DNA of 64,000 nucleotides from Clostridia bacterium (GTDB lineage Bacteria; Bacillota; Clostridia; Oscillospirales; Acutalibacteraceae): NCBI GenBank assembly GCA_017432165.1, contig JAFRJS010000084.1, positions 19,408 to 83,407 of the forward strand, read 5' to 3'. Shown piece by piece: positions 58,304 to 64,000 of this stretch (position 1 is its first letter; each line of letters starts with the position of its first letter). The notes under the pieces were generated by a model. It saw only the letters and a program-made list of their open reading frames with translations, ran no database searches and was not told where the DNA came from. The position numbers and the translations under genes were made by a program.

Positions 58304-58327
58304 ATCTTTTCTCCTTTCCACACCCAT

Positions 58328-58744
58328 TTATTTTATAATTTTTGTAATTATTAAATTATTGCTGCTGTTTTCATATTCATATTCCACTTTATTCATCACT
58401 TTATAAACTATAAAAAGGCCTAATCCTCCAATTTTTCTTTGCTTAAAATCAAGAGTAACATCCGCTTTTTTAACTTTTGTCGGATTAAATTTAACCCCTT
58501 TATCGGTAAATTTAATTTTTATTACAATCGGTGATGAAATATTACAACTAAATTTTATTATAACGTTGCCATTTTTTCCGCCGTAAGCATAATTTGAAAT
58601 ATTAACAAATATTTCTTCGCTGGCAAGCAAAATATGCGAAAGTTCTTTATGATTAATGCTGTTCCTTTTTAGGTGCTGATGTAAAAAGTCGTATACTATT
58701 CTCCAGTTTTTAGTAGATGCGGGAATTTTAATAGTATCATTCAC
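58328..58744 (-). CDS. Anti-sigma regulatory factor, Ser/Thr protein kinase (SpoIIAB/RsbW-like HATPase_c)
   Basis: 138 aa, GTG start. ASEEIFVNISNYAY (N-box), FTDKGVKFNP (G1-like), RKIGGLGLFIVYKVMNKVEYE (G2). Confidence 0.8.
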   Translation of the reverse strand: MNDTIKIPASTKNWRIVYDFLHQHLKRNSINHKELSHILLASEEIFVNISNYAYGGKNGNVIIKFSCNISSPIVIKIKFTDKGVKFNPTKVKKADVTLDFKQRKIGGLGLFIVYKVMNKVEYEYENSSNNLIITKIIK

Positions 58745-58853
58745 TCTTTTTATCAGCCCCTTTTCAACAAAACTAACAATTTTTTAAACAATTTAAAAAT
58801 TAATAATACAATTATATCATAAAATAATTATTTTTCCACTGCTTTTTATTTTT

Positions 58854-60038
58854 TTATAAATACGATACTCTACCCTCTAACTTTCCGTTGTTTATATATA
58901 TTCGCGGAACTCTTTTACCAATTAAACACACTATTTCGTAGTTTATAGTTTCGATTTTTTCTGCCATTTCATCAACGGATATTTTTTCTGTACCATCGCA
59001 ACCGAAAACAGTAACCTCGTCACCGCTTTTTACACCTTCAATATTCGTTACATCAATCATTAATTGGTCCATGCAAACTCTTCCAACAATTTTGGCACGT
59101 TTTCCCTTAACGAGTAGTTCTGCATTGTTTGAAAATTTCAAAGAATAGCCGTCCGCATAGCCAATTGTAACTGAGGCTATTTTCATTTTATCTCCCGAAA
59201 CAAACGTTCTGCCATAGCTAAGGCTGGTATTTTCTGGTATTTCTTTAACTTGAGAAACCACAGCTTTTAATTCCATTGCCGGTTTTAAATTTATTTTACC
59301 CTCGGTTTCTTTAGAAGGATAAAGCCCGTAAAGTATCACTCCAGCACGGACCATATCCAACTGCATTTCCGGAAAGCTTATAATTCCACCGCTATTGCAG
59401 CAATGTTTCAGTGGAACTTTTATTCCTAACTCTTCTAATCCTGAAATTACTTTTTTAAAATTATTAAACTGATAAATTGTGTACTCCCTGTTATTTGTAA
59501 CATCGTCTGAAACGGAAAAATGAGTAAACATTCCCTCTATATCCAAAAGAGGCATATCTTTTCTTATTTTTTCTATTTCTTTTATAGATTTATTTATATC
59601 TTCATCGTTTTGGCAGAAAAATCCAATCCTGCTCATACCTGTGTCAATTTTAAGATGAACTTTTACTTTTACATTTTTTTCTTTACAGCTATTGTAAAGT
59701 TCTTTGGCATATTCCAAAGAAAAAAGCGCCTGAGAAACATTTTCTTTGCTTAGTGTTTCTGCCATTTCCGGTGGAGTGTAACCAAAAATAAGAATCGGTT
59801 TTTTAGCCCCGGCTTTTCTAAGCTGAAGTGCTTCATCTAAATTAGAAACGCCGTAATAGTCTGCCCCCAAACGTTCATATTCTTTTACCAAAAATTCCGC
59901 ACCATGGCCGTATGCATCTGCTTTTAAAACGCAAAGTACCTTCGTCCCTTCAGAAATTTTTTCTTTTATGCTATTAAAATTATACCTAATAGCATTCAAA
60001 TCAACCTGTGCCCACGTTCTTTTAGAAAATTTTTCCAT
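58854..60038 (-). CDS. alr: Alanine racemase
   Basis: RTWAQVDLNAIRYNFNSIKE...VLKADAYGHGA (PLP-Lys motif)...GRVCMDQLMIDVT. Start at ATG 60038 after AGGTGA. Confidence 0.95.
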   Translation of the reverse strand: MEKFSKRTWAQVDLNAIRYNFNSIKEKISEGTKVLCVLKADAYGHGAEFLVKEYERLGADYYGVSNLDEALQLRKAGAKKPILIFGYTPPEMAETLSKENVSQALFSLEYAKELYNSCKEKNVKVKVHLKIDTGMSRIGFFCQNDEDINKSIKEIEKIRKDMPLLDIEGMFTHFSVSDDVTNNREYTIYQFNNFKKVISGLEELGIKVPLKHCCNSGGIISFPEMQLDMVRAGVILYGLYPSKETEGKINLKPAMELKAVVSQVKEIPENTSLSYGRTFVSGDKMKIASVTIGYADGYSLKFSNNAELLVKGKRAKIVGRVCMDQLMIDVTNIEGVKSGDEVTVFGCDGTEKISVDEMAEKIETINYEIVCLIGKRVPRIYINNGKLEGRVSYL

Positions 60039-60179
60039 CAAAATCACCTATCTCAAAAAAATATACTATATTTATGTTATACCACAAATCAAAACATATT
60101 AAAATAGTGTTTGCACAATAAAAATTAATATGTTAAAATAAATATGCAGAGAAAACTAAAACTATCTAAGGAAAACAAA

Positions 60180-61136
60180 ATGAAAATTGGTAATATAATA
60201 ATTAAAGGCAAAGCATCACTTGCGCCAATGGCAGGCGTTACAGACAGAGCATTTAGGGAAATTTGTTCGCTCTTCGGGGCATCATACTTTACAAGCGAAA
60301 TGATAAGCACCAAGGGTTTAATTTACAAAAGTGGCAAAACTTACTCACTTATAAATCACAGTGAGGAAGAACGGCCTTTTGCGGTTCAGCTTTTTGGAAG
60401 TTGTCCCGAGGATTTTTTTAAAGGAATTAGTCTACTTGAAAAGTATATGGACAAAATCGATCTAATAGACATAAATATGGGGTGCCCGGCAAAAAAAATA
60501 ATCAAAGAAAATTCCGGTTCGGCACTTATGAAAAATCCAAAACTCTGCGGAGAAATCGTTAAAGCGGCAAAAGGTATATCTCCTGTACCTGTTACAGTGA
60601 AAATTCGTGCCGGCTGGGACGAAAAGCATAAAAACGCAGCTGAAATAGCACAAATCTGCGAATTAAACGGCGCAGATGCAATAACAGTGCACGGCCGCAC
60701 AAAAGAACAAGGGTATTCAGGCACAAGCGACCTTGAGATAATTAAAAAAGTAAAAGAAAACGTAAAAATCCCTGTAATTGGCAACGGAGATGTAACAAGT
60801 TTTGAAACTGCCGAAAAAATGATTGAATTCACAAACTGCGACATGGTTGCCGTTGGGCGAGGAGCAATGGGCAACCCATGGATTTTTAAAGAAATTAATG
60901 AAGGCAGAAAAATAACACCAACAATAAGCGAAAAAGTCCAAATAATGAAAATGCACATAAAAAAATTATGTGAATATAAAGGAGAAGAAGTTGGAATAAA
61001 AGAATCCAGAAAACACATCGCTCAGTATATTAAAAATATTCACAAAGCATCAGAATTTAGAAAAAAAGCTTTCCTGGCTAAATCTAAAGAAGAACTTATA
61101 GATTTATGCAATAATCTTGAAAACACAAAAAATTAA
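60180..61136 (+). CDS. dusB: tRNA-dihydrouridine synthase
   Basis: LAPMAGVTDRAFREIC...DINMGCPAKKI...VTVKIRAGWD...ITVHGRT. Start moved to ATG 60180 after AAGGAAAA. Confidence 0.92.
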   Translation: MKIGNIIIKGKASLAPMAGVTDRAFREICSLFGASYFTSEMISTKGLIYKSGKTYSLINHSEEERPFAVQLFGSCPEDFFKGISLLEKYMDKIDLIDINMGCPAKKIIKENSGSALMKNPKLCGEIVKAAKGISPVPVTVKIRAGWDEKHKNAAEIAQICELNGADAITVHGRTKEQGYSGTSDLEIIKKVKENVKIPVIGNGDVTSFETAEKMIEFTNCDMVAVGRGAMGNPWIFKEINEGRKITPTISEKVQIMKMHIKKLCEYKGEEVGIKESRKHIAQYIKNIHKASEFRKKAFLAKSKEELIDLCNNLENTKN

Positions 61137-61165
61137 AAACCACTTACCAAGAAAGAGGAATTTAA

Positions 61166-61522
61166 ATGAAATTAAAAAACTTAAAAATATATTTATTGGC
61201 TATATTATCGATTTTTTTGCTTAATTTAAAAGCCCATGCAATAGACATTTTTATTGATGCACAACTTCCAGAATCTTTTATTAGTAACTTAGAAAAAGAA
61301 TCCAATAAAAAATTTATAATTAAGGAGATAATAAGCTCCCTTTCAGCAGAAAAATCCATGCTCAGTACAATATTTAAAGAAATCTCGCACCATATAAATG
61401 AAGTTGAGTTTCAAAGTCAGGAAACCATTAAAAAAGGCAAAAACATATATCAGTGCATTTTAATAAGTTATAAAAACAAAAATTATTTTATTAATTTTCA
61501 GTCTATTAAATCTCCAAAATAA
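61166..61522 (+). CDS. Small hypothetical secreted protein
   Basis: 118 aa. Signal peptide MKLKNLKIYLLAILSIFLLNLKAHA. GAGGAA RBS. Confidence 0.55.
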   Translation: MKLKNLKIYLLAILSIFLLNLKAHAIDIFIDAQLPESFISNLEKESNKKFIIKEIISSLSAEKSMLSTIFKEISHHINEVEFQSQETIKKGKNIYQCILISYKNKNYFINFQSIKSPK

Positions 61523-61523
61523 A

Positions 61524-62804
61524 TTATTCAAAATTAAACTGTGCATTTAAAAAATCTTTTATAAAATCTTCTTCTAAAGAAATTTGAATTTCTTTACCAC
61601 TGGCCATATCTTTTAGATTGGCCATTTTTGTTTGAACTTCTTCTTCGCCTATAATCAAAACAAACTGAACATTTATTTTGTTTGCATATTTCATTTGAGA
61701 TTTTAAATTACGCTCACAAATATTACACTCTGCCATAATTGACGATTTTCTCATAATTTCACAGAGTTCAAATGCTTTTTCTTTTGATTTTTCATCGGCA
61801 TTTGCAATAAAAATCTGTATGCTTTCGGGTTTTTGAAATTCTATTTTCTGCTTTTCCATAACCGCAAGAATACGCTCCATTCCCATTCCTAAACCTATTG
61901 CAGAAAGTTCCGGCCCTCCCATGATTTTAGATAAGCCATCGTATCTTCCACCACCACAAATAGTTATTTTTTCACTTTCCAGCTCGCAAACAAACTCAAA
62001 AACTGTTTTAGAGTAGTAATCAAGGCCTCTTACTATTTTTGAATTCACGGTATATTTTATATTCATAACGTCCAAATAACGCTTTACTGCGCCAAAATGA
62101 GCTTCGCAATCCTCGCAAAGATAATCAAGTATAACAGGCGCATTTTTAGAAATATTAATGCAGCTTTTTTCTTTGCAATCCAAGATTCTCATCGGATTTT
62201 TTTCAAGACGCTTTTGACAAGTTTCACAAAGATTTTCTTCGTTTTCTTTAAAATATTTTATTATTGCTTCATTGTATTTTTTCCTGCATTCTTTGCAGCC
62301 AATAGAATTTATTTCTAGGCTTAAATCTTTAATTGTAAGTCTATCTAAAATAGATTTTGCAAGGCAAATAAGCTCCGCATCTGCCAAAGGACTTGGCGCA
62401 CCAAACACTTCTAATCCGAACTGAAAAAATTCACGATACCTTCCGGACTGTGGTTTTTCGTAGCGATAGCAAGATGAAATATACATTAATTTAAGAGGCA
62501 TTGGGCTATTATTTAAGCCGTTTTCAAGCACAGCACGCAGTGCTCCTGCCGTACCTTCAGGCCTTAGCGTAACAGACCTGTCGCCTTTATCTTTAAAAGT
62601 GTACATTTCTTTTTCCACTATGTCAGATTCATTACCCACAGAGCGTTCAAAAAGTTCCGTTTGTTCTAAAACCGGTGTACGTATAAGCTTGAAGCCATAA
62701 ACTTCGGCTTCTTCTTTCATAATTTTTTCAAGCGTTTCCCATTCTTTACTTTTAACAGGCAACAAATCCTGCATTCCTCTAATTCTTTTTGCTATAAGAT
62801 TCAT
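61524..62804 (-). CDS. hisS: Histidine--tRNA ligase
   Basis: RGMQDLLP...LRPEGTAG...YRYEKPQSGRYREFFQFG...GGGRYDGL class II motifs. Start at ATG 62804 after AAAGGTGA. Confidence 0.95.
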   Translation of the reverse strand: MNLIAKRIRGMQDLLPVKSKEWETLEKIMKEEAEVYGFKLIRTPVLEQTELFERSVGNESDIVEKEMYTFKDKGDRSVTLRPEGTAGALRAVLENGLNNSPMPLKLMYISSCYRYEKPQSGRYREFFQFGLEVFGAPSPLADAELICLAKSILDRLTIKDLSLEINSIGCKECRKKYNEAIIKYFKENEENLCETCQKRLEKNPMRILDCKEKSCINISKNAPVILDYLCEDCEAHFGAVKRYLDVMNIKYTVNSKIVRGLDYYSKTVFEFVCELESEKITICGGGRYDGLSKIMGGPELSAIGLGMGMERILAVMEKQKIEFQKPESIQIFIANADEKSKEKAFELCEIMRKSSIMAECNICERNLKSQMKYANKINVQFVLIIGEEEVQTKMANLKDMASGKEIQISLEEDFIKDFLNAQFNFE

Positions 62805-62892
62805 TTTTTTCACCTTTTTTAAAAAAATTTAAGCCTCTCTGAAAAAAACTTAATTCCAAAGAAGCTTTAGATTAAAAAAACTATATTTAATT

Positions 62893-63297
62893 CTAAATCA
62901 TAGGCCTACCAATTTCTCTCCAATCCAAATCTCCTCTTTCAAGACCATGAATCAAAACTTCTGCAGTGGCAATATTAGTTGCAACAGGTATAGTGTGAAC
63001 ATCGCAAAGCCTTAGCAAATCATTTTCAGGTTGCCCGATAAATTCCGGATGTACACCATCTCTGAAAAATATAAGCATATCAATCTCTCCGCAAGAAATG
63101 CGAGAAGAAATTTGTTGATTTCCGCCTTGAGGTCCACTTAAAAATTTAACTATCCTTAAACCTGTGGCTTCAGAAACGAGTTTCCCCGTGGAAGCCGTTG
63201 CGCAAAGCTTATGTTTGCTAAGTACTCCGCAATAAGCAATGCAGAACCTTACCATTAATTCTTTTTTTGCGTCTTGAGCAACAAGTGCAATATTCAT
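62893..63297 (-). CDS. mgsA: Methylglyoxal synthase
   Basis: MNIALVAQDAKKELMV...LCATASTGKLV...SGPQGGNQQI... Confidence 0.93.
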   Translation of the reverse strand: MNIALVAQDAKKELMVRFCIAYCGVLSKHKLCATASTGKLVSEATGLRIVKFLSGPQGGNQQISSRISCGEIDMLIFFRDGVHPEFIGQPENDLLRLCDVHTIPVATNIATAEVLIHGLERGDLDWREIGRPMI

Positions 63298-63540
63298 ATC
63301 TTTATCCTCCTAATAAACAACTATTTTTTATTTAAAAATACAATCTAAATATAATTCTTACATTGATATTATACTACATTTAAAGTGAAAATTCTATTTA
63401 AACTCTAAAATTTAATATAAAATTATAATATTTAACTTAACTTTGGCTTTTATATTTTATATATACAACAATTTACAAAAAATGTCAATATATTTTTTTA
63501 TATTTTTTATTCCAATTTAGAATTTTTAAAGTAAAATATT

Positions 63541-64000
63541 TTATTTTTTTAAGTCGAAATAAGCATCCATGATGTCTCTGGCCACATTCTTTGATAAAGT
63601 TCCCGATTTCCCGTGAGCAATAACAACCGAAATTGCAATCTGAGGGTCATCATACGGTGCAAAACATATAAAGGTTGTATGGTCGGAACCAGAATTTTGT
63701 GCTGTACCTGTTTTTGCGCCTATTGGAATAGGATATTTTGCAAAATCTCTCGCTGTTCCGCTAAGCGCGACTTCGCGCATTCCTTCTTTAACAGCTTTCA
63801 AATTTTCTTCTGAAACACCTGTATCTTCCACTAATTCGGGCTCATCTTCTTTTATAATTTTTGAGCGTGCGTAATCCATAATTTTTTTTACGATATGAGT
63901 TCGGTATCTTTTACCGCCGTTTGCTATTGTAGCTGTGTAAGTAGCAAGCTGAATGGGGGTTATCATGTTGTCGGATTGCCCTATTGCCGCCTGCGAAGAA
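63541..64000 (-). CDS. mrdA: Penicillin-binding protein 2-type transpeptidase, C-terminal part (N-terminus beyond the right edge)
   Basis: The frame stays open to position 64000 (..AAIGQSDNMITPIQLATY...). KTGTAQ (KTG box) is present. Sits upstream of mgsA, as in many Firmicutes. Confidence 0.85.
   Translation of the reverse strand, partial: SSQAAIGQSDNMITPIQLATYTATIANGGKRYRTHIVKKIMDYARSKIIKEDEPELVEDTGVSEENLKAVKEGMREVALSGTARDFAKYPIPIGAKTGTAQNSGSDHTTFICFAPYDDPQIAISVVIAHGKSGTLSKNVARDIMDAYFDLKK

Noticed and set aside
60386-61018. 210-aa minus-strand ORF overlapping dusB
   Set aside because: The plus-strand translation carries unmistakable Dus motifs. The antisense product is hydrophobic low-complexity sequence without a start signal.
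1-64000. Alternative genetic code (TGA or TAG reassignment)
   Set aside because: All conserved genes (ribosomal proteins, SecY, PNPase, LepA, aaRS) are full length, end at the expected positions and have no internal stops under the standard bacterial code.

Overview
AT-rich, standard-genetic-code chromosomal segment with Firmicutes/Clostridia-like gene order, coded almost entirely on the minus strand. The housekeeping backbone holds a complete S10-spc-alpha ribosomal cluster (rpsJ to rplQ, 17.1-32.7 kb, with secY-adk-map, a KOW protein, infA and rpmJ). It also holds a membrane pyrophosphatase, rpsO-pnp, two tandem GT2 glycosyltransferases, lepA-hemW and four tRNAs (Val, Glu, Met, Thr). Further backbone genes are glnS-gltX with a VanY-like peptidase, a 1043-aa metallophosphoesterase, nfo, a small glycan cluster (phosphoglycosyl transferase, DegT aminotransferase, Wzy_C protein), DUF421/DUF4363, fba, alr, dus, hisS, mgsA and the 3' end of a PBP2 gene. 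Accessory content is more unusual. (1) A six-gene minus-strand operon (51.3-57.7 kb) encodes contractile-injection-system accessory parts: a DUF4255/Afp16-like cap with a long polyacidic tail, a DUF4280 PAAR-like tip, an Afp15-like AAA+ ATPase and two unknown proteins. It has no sheath, tube or baseplate. (2) The only sheath gene starts at 289 and reads out of the left edge, about 50 kb away across core genes. It is preceded by a structured leader and a Lys-rich protein. (3) Three tandem plus-strand paralogs (2.4-6.8 kb) share a conserved N-terminal domain of about 190 aa and have divergent coiled-coil tails. They are wedged between tRNA genes. (4) A MazF/EndoA toxin has no adjacent antitoxin. 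(5) A Tlc/NTT-type ATP/ADP translocase lies directly upstream of the S10 operon. No rRNA, CRISPR array, transposase or integrase was seen. All functional calls rest on reading the translations for family motifs and on synteny; no database search was run.
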